From contig CAVXLW010000002.1 in NCBI GenBank assembly GCA_963762695.1, positions 1,853-65,852 of the forward strand: DNA of 64,000 nt, read 5' to 3'. The translations under genes and the position numbers were made by a program. Below the pieces are notes generated by a model. It did not search any database. It was given only the letters and a program-made list of their open reading frames with translations, and was not told the origin of the DNA. Shown here in pieces: positions 9,552 to 18,710 of this stretch (the first letter of the stretch is position 1; each line of letters begins with the position of its first letter). The stretch comes from an uncultured Actinomycetota bacterium (lineage in GTDB: Bacteria > Actinomycetota > Actinomycetes > Frankiales > Frankiaceae).

Positions 9552-11513
9552 ATGAGCGTCGCCTCCGAGCGGATGCCCGCGGGCTCGTCTGATCTGGAAG
9601 TGCATTCCGGTCCTTTCGTTCAGGGTGCGGCGGTCGCGCTCGAGCGCGCCATCGGCTACCTGCGCGAGCAGCAGGATGAGGCCGGGTGGTGGAAGGGCGA
9701 GCTGGAGACGAACGTGACGATGGACGCGGAGGATCTGCTCCTGCGCGAGTTCCTCGGCATCCGTACAGCCGAGGAGACCGCGGCAGGCAGCCGCCTGGAT
9801 CCGTTCCCAGCAGCGCGCCGACGGCACGTGGGCCAACTTCTACGGCGGCCCGGCCGATCTGTCGACGACGATCGAGGCCTAGCTGGCGCTGCGGCTCGCC
9901 GGGAGACGGCGCCGACGCGCCGCACATCGGCGAAGGCTGCCGGCGTGGTCCTGCGCGGCCGGCGGGGTCGAGAGCCCCGCGTCTTCACCCGCATCTGGCT
10001 GGCGCTCTTCGGGCTGTGGTCGTGGGACGAGCTGCCGGACCTGCCGCCGGAGCTGATGTCCTGCTCCGCTGGGCGCCGCTTGAACGTCTACGACTTGGCC
10101 TGCTGGGCCCGCCAGACGATCGTGCCGCTGACCGATCGTGACCACCCTGGGCCGCAGCGGGCGCTGCCCGGCATCGACGAGCTGCCGCACGGGTGCCGCT
10201 GCCCCGGCATTCCTGTCCGCGCGCTCCTGGCGGCGGCTGCTTCCAGCGGCTCGACCGTCGTGCTGCACCGCTACGCGCGGCGGCCGCTGGCTGGCTGCGG
10301 CGGCTCGGCAGCCGGCGCGCGTGTGCGGTGGATCATCACCCGCCAGGAGGCCGACGGCGGCGTGGGGCGGGATCCAGCCGCCCTGGGTGTACTCGCTGCT
10401 GGCGCTGCACCTGAGCGGTTACGCGCTCGACTCCCCGGTCATGGCCGCGGGCATCAGGGCCTCGAGGGCTTCCTGGTGCACGAGGAGACGCCGCCGGCAC
10501 GGTTCGCCGGCTCGAGGCCTGCCAGTCGCCGGTCTGGGACACCGCGCTCGCGCTCGATCGGGCTGCTCGACGCCGGCGTGGACCCGCAGGATCCGATGGT
10601 TTCGCGGGCGGCGCGCTGGGTGGAGTCGACGAGGAGATCCGCGTCAGCGGCGACTGGGCGGTGCGGCGGCCGCAGCTCGCACCGGGCGGCTGGGCGTTCG
10701 AGTTCGAGAACGACGATTACCCCGACACCGACGACACCGCCGAGGTCGTGCTCGCGCTGCGACCGGGTGCTGCCGCGACCGGCGCGGATCGCGGCGCGAT
10801 CGAGCCGCGGGGTCGCCTGGACGGGCGGGATGGAGTGCCGCGGCGGCGGCTTGGGCGCGTTCGACGCCGACAACACCCGCGAGCTGGCCTACAAGCTGCC
10901 GTTCTGTGACTTCGGTGCGGTCATCGATCCGCCGTCGGCTGACGTCACCGCTCACGTGTCGAGGTGCTCGGCCGCCGAGGGGCGGGCTCGATACCCCGCG
11001 TGCCAGCCCGGGCGTCGCCTGGCTGCTCGCGCGAGCAGGAGCCCGACGGTTCCTGGTTCGGACGCTGGGGCTGCCAATCACGTCTACGGGGTCGGGGCCG
11101 CCGTGCCGGCGCTGGTCGCGGCCGGTGTCGAGGCGTCAGCGCCGGCGATCGTGCGGGCCGTTCGCTGGCTGCAGCGAACATCAGAACGAGGACGGCGGTT
11201 GGGGCGAGGACATGCGCTCCTACGACGACCCGGCCTGGGCCGGCCGCGGCGAGTCGACCGCGTCGCAGACCGCCTGGGCGCTGCTTGGCGCTGCTGGCGG
11301 CGAGAGGGTCGAGCAGGCAAGCTCGATCGCGGGAGTGGCCTGGCTCGATCGCCCATCAGACCGCTGCCGGGACCTGGGACGAGCCGCAGTTCACCGGCAC
11401 CGGGTTTCCCGGCGACTTCTACATCAACTATCACCTGTACCGGCACGTGTTCCCGGTGTCGGCGCTCGGCCGGTACTGCCGCGGCGGAGGGACGGTGGCG
11501 ACGATGGCAATGA
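9552..11513 (+). pseudogene. shc: Squalene-hopene cyclase, multiply frameshifted with one in-frame TAG
   Basis: ATG 9552 (MSVASERM..). Cyclase fragments lie in all three plus frames: AVALERAIGYLREQQDEAGWWKGELETNVTMDAEDLLLREFLG; WIRSQQRADGTWANFYGGPADLSTTIEA-TAG-LALRLAG; RVFTRIWLALFGLWSWDELPDLPPELM; NVYDLACWARQTIVPLT; GGWAFEFENDDYPDTDDTAEVVLAL (DxDDTA at 10724-10741); QNEDGGWGEDMRSYDDPAWAGRGESTASQTAWALLG; FTGTGFPGDFYINYHLYRHVFPVSALGRY. At least 7 frame changes between 9785 and 10085. The end is taken as TGA 11511-11513, overlapping the next ATG. Confidence 0.85.
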
Positions 11514-12105
11514 GCCGGGCGCTCGCGCGTGTTGGCCCCGTTGCGGGTCGAGGCGTCCGCGCCGTGCGCGCGGTGCTGCCGGCGCTGCCGTCGTGCGCAC
11601 CGGGATGGGCCGCGGCCGCGCGCCGACGCGCGCCGTCGGGCGCGCCGGTCCGGCGCACGGGGCCGGTGGCGGTCGTCGGCGTCTGCGGTGGGCTCGCGCC
11701 GCCCTGCGCGCCGGGCGACGTCGTCGTCGCCAGTCGGTGGTTCGCGGCGACGGCAGGTCGACGTCCCGTGCCCGTCCGCCCCGCTGCTCGCGGCGCTGCT
11801 GCGCCGGCGCCGGACTGCGCGTGCACGTCGGCCCGCTCGTCACGATCAGCGCAACGAAGCCCGCGCACCGACCCGCGCGACGCGCGGCAACTCGCAGGAC
11901 TCGGGCGCGATCGCCGTCGACATGGAGACGGCGGCGGTCGCCGCGGCCGCTGCGGCCGCCGGCGGCCCGCTCGCGGCCGTGGCCGTCGTCGTGCGCCGAC
12001 ACCGCCGCCGCTCCGCTGCTGGCATCCCGGCATCATCGAGCGCGGCATCGTCGCCCTGCCACGCTGCGCGAGATCGCGCCGCTGCTCGAGCAGTGGGCGG
12101 CGGCC
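11510..12105 (+). pseudogene. hpnG: Hopanoid-associated nucleosidase/phosphorylase HpnG, frameshifted
   Basis: ATG 11510 (ATGA with the shc stop). Fragments in three frames: LAPLRVEASA, AAVVRTGMGRGRA, VAVVGVCGGLAPPCAPGDVVVAS, GLRVHVGPLVT, SGAIAVDMETAAVA, TLREIAPLLEQWAAAAG. The 3' boundary is approximate. Confidence 0.6.
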
Positions 12106-13047
12106 GCCGGCGCCCGCGAGGTCGTGCTCGCCGTCGCCGCGCTCGTTCTGCGCCGGGGTCGAGCGTGCGATCGACACCGTCGCCGCTGCACTCGAACGCT
12201 TCGGGGCGCCGGTCTACGTGCGCCGCCAGATCGTCCACAACACTCACGTCGTGCGCCGAGCTCGAGCAGCGCGGGGCGCGGTGTTCGTCGAGGAGCTGGA
12301 CGAGGTGCCCGACGGGTGCGCGTTCATGTTCGCCGCGCACGGCGTCGCGCCCCAGGTGCGTTCCGAAGCGGTCGACAGCGGCGCTGGCTGTCATCGACGC
12401 GACGTGCCCGCTCGTCGCGAAGGTCCACAGCGAGGCGCGCCGGCACGCGCGAGCAGGCGACGCACCGTCGTGCTGGTCGGCCACGACGACCACGAGGAAG
12501 TCGGCGGGACGGTCGGCGAGGCGGAGGGCCGGATCCGGTGGTCGGCACGGCCGAGGAGGCCGACGCGGTGGAGGTCGAGCGACCCGAGCACGGGTCGCCT
12601 ACGCTGACGCAGACGACGCTGGCCGTCGACGAGGCCGAGCAGGTCGTCGCCGCGCTGCGGGAGCGATTCCCCGCGCTCGTCGGCGCCGCCGCCCGAGGAC
12701 ATCTGCTACGCCACGACCGAACCGGCAGAAGGCGGTGCGCGAGGTCGCGGCCGACGCCGACCTCGTCTCGTCGTCGGCTCGCCGAACTCGTCGAACTCGC
12801 GCGCGCCTCGTCGAGGTGGCCGAGCGGCGCGGGCGCCGCGCGCACTGCTCGTCGACGAGGCGCGCGGGCTCGACCTGGGTCGGCTGCGCGGCGTGCGCGC
12901 GGATCGGGCATCACCGCCGGCGCCTCGGCGCCGCAGAGTCTGGTCGATGAGGTGGTCGCACGCCTCGCCGGGCTCGGCCCGATCGCGTGCCGAGCGGCGC
13001 ACAGTGACCGAGGACATCCGTTCGCCCTGCCCAAGGAGGTGCCGTGA
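12106..13047 (+). pseudogene. ispH: 4-hydroxy-3-methylbut-2-enyl diphosphate reductase IspH/LytB, frameshifted
   Basis: Fragments in three frames: PRSFCAGVERAIDTVAAALERFGAPVYVRRQIVHNTHVV, GAVFVEELDEVPDG, FAAHGVAPQVRSEA, LAVIDATCPLVAKVHSEARRHA, VVLVGHDDHEEVGGTVGEA, TLTQTTLAVDEAEQVVAALRERFPAL, NRQKAVREVAADADLV, RLVEVAERRG, GITAGASAPQSLVDEVVARLAGLGP, FALPKEVP-stop (13045-13047). The 5' boundary is approximate. Confidence 0.75.
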
Positions 13048-13048
13048 C

Positions 13049-14057
13049 ATGGCCATGCCGTGCGTCAGAGCGCTGCGCATCGGGTGCGTATCTGGCTCAA
13101 GCAGAAGCTCGCCGGACGGAGAGGTTCCCGCTCGATCGTCGAGCTCGAGCCGCTGTTCGCGTGCAACCTGGCGTGCGCCGGGCTGCGGCAAGATCCAGCA
13201 GCCGGCCGAGTCCTGCTGAAGCAGCGGATGCCGGTCGAGCAGGCGCTCGCGGCGATACGAGAGTGCGGCGCGCCCGATGGTCTCGATCGCCGGCGGCGAG
13301 CCGCTGATGCACCCGCAGATCGACGAGATGGTCAACGCGCTGGTCGGCCGACAAGCGCTTCGTCTGCTGTGCACGAACGCGGTGCTGCTGCGCCAAGCAA
13401 GCTGGACCTGTTCCCCCGTCGCCGTACTTCACGTTGGCCATCCACATCGACGGCCTGCGCGAGCGCCACGACGAGTCGGTTGACAAGGACGGCGTGTTCG
13501 ACGAGGCCGTGGCGGCCGTGAACCTGGCGCAAGGCCAAGGGCTTCCGGGTCGCGACGAACACGACGTTCTTCAACACCGACACCCCGCAGACCGTCATCG
13601 AGGTGCTCGACTACCTCAACGACGAGCTCGAGGTCGACAACATGAGATCTCCCCGGCTACGCGTACTCGAAGGCGCCCGACCAGGACCACTTCCTCGGCG
13701 TCACGCAGACCCGTGAGCTGTTCAAGAAGGCGTTCGCCGAGGGACGCCGCAAGCGGTGGCGGCTGAACCACTCGCCGCTGTTCCTCGACTTCCTCGAGGG
13801 CAAGGCCGACTTCGAGTGCACGCCGTGGGGAATCCCCAGCTACTCGCTGTTCGGCTGGCAGAAGCCGTGCTACCTGATGGGCGACGGCTACACCGCGACT
13901 ACCAGGAGCTGCTCGACACCACCGACTGGGACAGCTACGGGCGGGGCAGGACCCGCGCTGCGACAACTGCATGGCCCACTGCGGCTACGAGCCGACGGCG
14001 GTGATCGCGACGATGGGCTCGCTGCGCCAGTCGATCCGGGCGGCGCTCGGGGGGTAG
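13049..14057 (+). pseudogene. hpnH: Radical-SAM adenosylhopane synthase HpnH, frameshifted
   Basis: ATG 13049 with GGAGG about 10 nt upstream. Fragments: MAMP..LRIG, KQKLAGR, IVELEPLFACNLACAG followed by CGKIQQPAE (the CxxxCxxC motif is split by a shift), LKQRMPVEQALAAIRECGAP, MVSIAGGEPLMHPQIDEMVNALV, AIHIDGLRERHDESVDKDGVFDEAVAAV, VATNTTFFNTDTPQTVIEVLDYLNDELEVDNM, PGYAYSKAPDQDHFLGVTQTRELFKKAFAEGRRKRWRLNHSPLFLDFLEGKADFECTPWGIPSYSLFGWQKPCYLMGDGY, YQELLDTTDWDSYGRG, DPRCDNCMAHCGYEPTAVIATMGSLRQSIRAALGG-stop 14055-14057. At least 7 frame changes between about 13080 and 13280. Confidence 0.8.
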
Positions 14058-14070
14058 CCCGCACGCAGGC

Positions 14071-15944
14071 TCAGCCCGGGACGCGATCCGCTGCGTCGTC
14101 GTGCCACGCGCTGCGGTCACGGCCGAGTTGCTTGGCCACGTACAGCGCCTGATCCGCCTTGTGGACGAGGGAGCCGACGTCGTCGTCGGGTGCGGAGTAG
14201 CTGACGCCGATGCTGCAGCGAAGGGGTACCGAGCTCGGCGCCGACGGCCAGCCGGCTGGCCGCGACGGTGCGGCGCAGCCGGTCTGCCAGCGCCTGTACC
14301 TCGTCGTGCGCTGCGGCCGGACCCGCCACGAGGTACTCGTCGCCGCCGACCCTGGCCACGATGTCGGACTCCCGCGCGGCAGTGCGAAGCGCCTGGCCGG
14401 TGAGGCGGATCGCGTCGTCCCCGACTTTGTGGCCGTAGCTGTCGTTGATGCCCTTGAGGTTGTCGAGGTCGATGTAGAGCATCATCACGGCCCGCGACTC
14501 GCGCCGCGCCATCGCGAGTTCGCGGATGACGGCCGACCGCGCGGCTTGCCGGTTGAGCAAGCCGGTGAGCGAGTCGTGGGTGGCCATCTCGTGCAGGATC
14601 ACCCGCTGGCGCTCGGCGTGGCGCACGGATTCCCGCAGCCGGTTGAGCGTGGTCTGCAGCGCCTGCCCGGTGCGGCCGGGAAGCGGTTCGTCGAGTGAGG
14701 GAAGCGTCCGGGTTCTCCGCGAGCGTCACCGTGAAGGCCTCGACGGCGCTGAAGACCGACGTCATCTCATCGACGGCAGCGATCGTGTCGGCAACCTCGC
14801 GGGGGCCGCCGGGCCGCACGCTCTGGAGCGCGAAATCGCCCTCGGCCACGCGACGCGCCGACGCCGACAGCCGCCGGAGCGGTCGCACGACCGCACGTGC
14901 CAGCAGGACCGTGGCACCGGCCGCGATCAGGACGCTGAGGGCAAAGATCGTCAGCTCGTTGCGGTAGCTGCGGGCCGCCGAAAGCGCCTCGCGGTGGGCG
15001 ACCTCGCGCATGTCGGTCGAGGCGCCTACCGTCACGGCGGTCAGCTCGTTCAGCCAGTGCGGCTCCTTGGTGAACGCGACACCGTACGCGAGGGTATTGG
15101 TCGCCAGCGGCGAGCGGAGTCCGGCCAGGGCCGTGTCGACTGTCTGGGCGATCGTCTGCTCCCAGGCTCGTGACTGCGGGTCCTTCTCCCACGCGGTCCA
15201 TGCCTCGGTGGCCTTGGGGCCCAGCCCGGCCGGGAAGCCCGCGGTGCTCGCGGCGAATGTGCCGTTCGCCTCGATCAGAGCCTTGGCGGCCGCCGGGGTG
15301 CCCGGGCCGTTCACCACCAGGTCGCTCTGCTGGGCCCGGCTCGTCGCGGCCATCAGCACGGCGAAGGAGTGCGACAGCGCGTCGACCCGCTCGGCCACCA
15401 GCCCGGTCTTGCCCGTCAGTTGCTCGATGTCGCCCTGCATGCTCTGAAAGCGGGCACGCCAGACGTTGTCGATGTCGATCTCGAAGTTCTCGAAGAACGC
15501 CCTGATCGTTTCGGCGTCACCACGACCCGTTCCGATCGAGGGGCGCAACTGGTGCAGCCGCTCGAGGTCGGCGATCAGGACCGGGTCCGAGCGCAGCGCC
15601 GGGCTGGCATCGACCAGCGGGCGAGCGGCACGGAGTTGTTTCGGGAAGTCGATCCCGAAGAGTTTCTTCACCTGCTCGTCGGTGATCTTGAACTGGGCTG
15701 CGGCCGCGAGTGCCGAGGACGGCACGTACTCGTTCACGATCATGGCGCGCGCGGCCATCAGCGCGCCGAGTTCGGTGGAATCGCGCTCCACCCGCGCGGA
15801 AATCTGCTGCTGCGCCCGGCTCCTGACAGCGGACCCTCCGGTCAGCGCCGCCAGCGCGGTCAGCGGCACCAGCAGCGCCAGGGCGAGCAGTAGCGCCACT
15901 CGGGGTCGACGCCATCGTCGGCCCGGCGACCTTGCGACCGTCAC
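14071..15944 (-). pseudogene. Membrane sensor diguanylate cyclase (TM, extracytoplasmic domain, TM, HAMP, GGDEF), two frameshifts
   Basis: The N-terminal two thirds lie in ORF 13935..16016: TM VALLLALALLVPLTALAAL, an extracytoplasmic region of about 300 aa, TM IFALSVLIAAGATVLLARAVV, HAMP RPLRRLSASARRVAEGDF. The GGDEF domain lies in ORF 14117..14626: HDSLTGLLNR, LYIDLDNLKGINDSYGH, RESD I-site, ARVGGDEYLV. The C-terminus is in the third frame: IGVSYSAPDDDVGSLVHKADQALYVAKQLGRDRSAW, stop 14071-14073. Frame changes are near 14693 and 14225. The likely start is GTG 15944, preceded by GGAGG (the ORF opens at TTG 16016). Confidence 0.75.
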
Positions 15945-16041
15945 GGGGGCCTCCAGATCAATGACAATCACGTCATCGGCGCTGGAAGCGGGCCGCCGGT
16001 CACCCGAACGGCGCAATCTCTCCGGCTATGTGCCCGGCCGG

Positions 16042-16485
16042 TCAGCCTGGCGGGGCGTCGAGCCGCACCCGGCCGCCGGGTTCCACGTGCCATCCCGGGT
16101 TGTGCGCGACCTCCCAGATCACTCCGTTGGGATCGCGGAAGTGCCCGTGATAGCCGCCGAACGAGGCGAACTGGGGTGCCTTCACGATGGTGGCTCCCGC
16201 GTTCGTGGCGTTCGCGATCACGGCATCGACCTCGGCCGGGCTGCCGACGTTCTGCGACAACGTGATGCCCTGGATCGGCACCGACGCAGTGCCGGGAGCA
16301 TCGAGGTCGGCGCTGAAGTGCGCCTCCTCGAACAGGCCGAGCATCAGGCCGTGGCCGACCTGGAAGAAGATGATCTCGCCCGGCACGTCGAGCGTCGGGG
16401 TCCAGCCGAGGCCCTCGACGTAGAACGCGCGAGCCGCGTCGAGATCTGCAGTGGCGAGGGTGACGAAGCTGGCCGCCTGGTTCAC
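16042..16485 (-). CDS. VOC (glyoxalase/bleomycin-resistance/dioxygenase) family protein
   Basis: C-terminal part of ORF 16042..17016. GTG 16485 overlaps the upstream gene's stop (GTGA). Sequence VNQAASFVTLATADLDAARAFYVEGLGWTP..GYHGHFRDPNGVIWEVAHNPG. Confidence 0.75.
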   Translation of the reverse strand: MNQAASFVTLATADLDAARAFYVEGLGWTPTLDVPGEIIFFQVGHGLMLGLFEEAHFSADLDAPGTASVPIQGITLSQNVGSPAEVDAVIANATNAGATIVKAPQFASFGGYHGHFRDPNGVIWEVAHNPGWHVEPGGRVRLDAPPG

Positions 16486-17984
16486 CGCGCGGCCTTCTGG
16501 CGCTGGCGGCCCAGCGTCTCCAGCAGGCGCAGCCAGATCTCGCTCGGGGTCGGGTAGCTCGGCACCGCGTGCCACAGCGCCGCGAGGGGCACCTTGCCGA
16601 TGATCGCGATGGTGGCGGCGTGCACCAGGTCGGCGATCTCGGAGCCGACGAACGTGGCGCCGACGATGGTGTCGGTGCCGCGGTCGATCACGAGCTTCGC
16701 GCGTCCGACGTAGTCCTCCCGCGCGACGTACGTGCCCGCGAGCGCCGCGAGGTCGTAGTCGACCGTCTCGACGTCGATGTCGGCCTCGCGGGCGGCATGC
16801 TCGGTCAGCCCGACCGAGCCGACCTCGGGATTGGTGAACGTCACTTGCGGGACTCGGTCGTGGTCGGCCAGGTCGGAGTGCCGGCTGTAGACGCTCGGGT
16901 CGAGGGCGACGCCGGTGGCTCGCGCGGCGATGACGTCTCCGGCCACCCGGGCCTGGTACTTGCCCATATGGGTGAGCAGTGCCCGGCCGGTGAGGTCGCC
17001 GATGGCGTACAGCCACTCACCCGGGACCGCCGTCACGGTCATGTGGTCGTCCACCGTGACGAAGCCGCCCTCCTCGACGCCGACCGTGTCCAGGCCGATG
17101 CCGGTGCTGTTGGGCCGGCGCCCGACGGCGACGACGATCTCGTCGGCGGTGATGACGGTGCCGGTGTTCAGCGTCACGGTGACCTCGCCGCCGTGCGGCA
17201 CCCCGTAACCCTCCTCGTTGACGTGCGGGCGGGAGACGGACGTGAGACGCGAGTTGAGCTCCAGCCGCACTCCCGCCCCGCGCAGGTAGTCGGCGACCAG
17301 CTCGCTCGCGAACGGCTCGTTGCGCTCCAGCAGCCGGTCGGGGGCCTGCACGATCGTGAGCTCTTCGACGCCGAGCCCGTTCAGCCAGGTCGCCGCCTCA
17401 CACGCCACGACGCCGCCGCCGATGATCACGACGCGTTGCGGAATGGTGTGGATGTTGGTGACGTCGCGGGAGATCCAGGGCCGGGCGGCCCGCAGCCCGT
17501 CGATGTCCGGGACCGCAGCGGACGAGCCGGTGTCGAGCACGACCGCATGGCGGGCGGTGATGGTGCGGGTGGTGCCGTCGGGCTTGGTGACGACGACCGT
17601 CTTCTCGCCGGCCAGGCTGCCGTGGCCCCGGATCACGTCGATCCCGGTGTTGATGCACCAGTCCACCTGCGACTGGTCATCGAGATGGTTGACGATCGTG
17701 TCGCGGCGAGCGAGGACGGCGTTCACGTCGAGGTCGCGGCCCAGCAGCGCCTGTTTGATGCCCGGCAGGTGGCGGCCGATCTCGAGCACCTCGACCGGCC
17801 GCAGCAGGCCCTTGCTCGGCATGCATGCCCAGAACGAGCATTCCCCGCCGAGGAGCGCCTCCTCGACGATGACCGCTTCCAGACCGGAGTCCTGCGTGGC
17901 GTACTGGGCGGCGTTCTCGCCCGGGGGAGCCCCGCCGATGACGATGACATCCCATTCGGAACGATCCGGGTCAAGTGAGGCCAC
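16482..17984 (-). CDS. FAD-dependent pyridine nucleotide-disulfide oxidoreductase (class I, dihydrolipoamide dehydrogenase/mycothione reductase-like)
   Basis: 500-aa ORF with a GTG start. FAD fold WDVIVIGGAPPGENAA, redox-active pair GGECSFWACMPSK, second Rossmann fold RVVIIGGGVVACEAATWL, and a dimerisation C-terminus. Confidence 0.85.
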   Translation of the reverse strand: MASLDPDRSEWDVIVIGGAPPGENAAQYATQDSGLEAVIVEEALLGGECSFWACMPSKGLLRPVEVLEIGRHLPGIKQALLGRDLDVNAVLARRDTIVNHLDDQSQVDWCINTGIDVIRGHGSLAGEKTVVVTKPDGTTRTITARHAVVLDTGSSAAVPDIDGLRAARPWISRDVTNIHTIPQRVVIIGGGVVACEAATWLNGLGVEELTIVQAPDRLLERNEPFASELVADYLRGAGVRLELNSRLTSVSRPHVNEEGYGVPHGGEVTVTLNTGTVITADEIVVAVGRRPNSTGIGLDTVGVEEGGFVTVDDHMTVTAVPGEWLYAIGDLTGRALLTHMGKYQARVAGDVIAARATGVALDPSVYSRHSDLADHDRVPQVTFTNPEVGSVGLTEHAAREADIDVETVDYDLAALAGTYVAREDYVGRAKLVIDRGTDTIVGATFVGSEIADLVHAATIAIIGKVPLAALWHAVPSYPTPSEIWLRLLETLGRQRQKAAR

Positions 17985-18066
17985 GCGAGCACGCTAGCGC
18001 AGCCTGATCACGCTCGCGACAGATTGGGGGTTGACAAGGTTGTGAGTCATCACTAACTTCGTCCCC

Positions 18067-18612
18067 ATGGCAAGCCGGAGCACCGCCGAAGAGCGTCGCG
18101 AAGACGTGCTGCAGGCAGCTCTCATCGAGTTCGCCTCCGGCGGGCTCGACGGCACCAGCACTGATGCCATTGCTCGCCGGGCCGGCATCAGCCAGCCCTA
18201 TCTCTTCCGGCTCTTTCCGACCAAGAAGGAGCTCTTCGTCGCCGCGGTGGAGCGCACGTTCCAGCGCGTCCTGGAGGCCTTTCGCGAGGCGGCGGAGGGT
18301 TACACCGGCATGGAGGCGAAGGAGAAGCTGGGGGATGCGTACGTCGAGCTCCTGCGCGACGAGACGTTCCTGAAGCTCCAGCTCCATGCGTACGCGGCCG
18401 CCTGCGATGACGCAGACGTTCGCGAGGCCACCCGGCGCGGCTTCGGCCGGCTCTGGGACGAGGCCATCGTGCTGACGGGCATGTCGGCCGAGCAGTCCCG
18501 CGACTTCATGGCGATCGGCATGCTGCTGAACGTCGCCGCGGCGATGGGTCTCGGCGTGGACTGCCCCGCAGACCTTGCCGAGCGATTGCTCGGCGCCGCC
18601 ACCGCGGCCTGA
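18067..18612 (+). CDS. TetR/AcrR-family transcriptional regulator
   Basis: 181-aa ORF. HTH region RREDVLQAALIEFASGGLDGTSTDAIARRAGISQPYLFRLFPTKKELF. It sits immediately upstream of an MFS efflux gene. Confidence 0.85.
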   Translation: MASRSTAEERREDVLQAALIEFASGGLDGTSTDAIARRAGISQPYLFRLFPTKKELFVAAVERTFQRVLEAFREAAEGYTGMEAKEKLGDAYVELLRDETFLKLQLHAYAAACDDADVREATRRGFGRLWDEAIVLTGMSAEQSRDFMAIGMLLNVAAAMGLGVDCPADLAERLLGAATAA

Positions 18613-18710
18613 CCGAGCCCGACCCCTCGATATTTGCTTGCCCCTCCTTCCGTCAGCCCCTCAAAGTGAGTGGCTAGTCACTAGCCACCTCCCCGACAGG
18701 AGAACGTCCG

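Noticed and set aside
10138-13047. A 969-aa ORF (and companions 9456..11513, 10964..12607, 11529..12950) spanning the shc-to-ispH region.
   Set aside because: The products are mostly Arg/Ala/Gly/Pro-rich nonsense interrupted by short authentic SHC, HpnG and IspH segments. They are read-through of wrong frames in stop-poor GC-rich DNA, not real long proteins.
9785-14700. Programmed ribosomal frameshifting or transcriptional slippage as an explanation for the frame changes.
   Set aside because: There are far too many shifts (dozens, in both directions). They are not associated with slippery heptamers or long homopolymers, and they affect unrelated genes.
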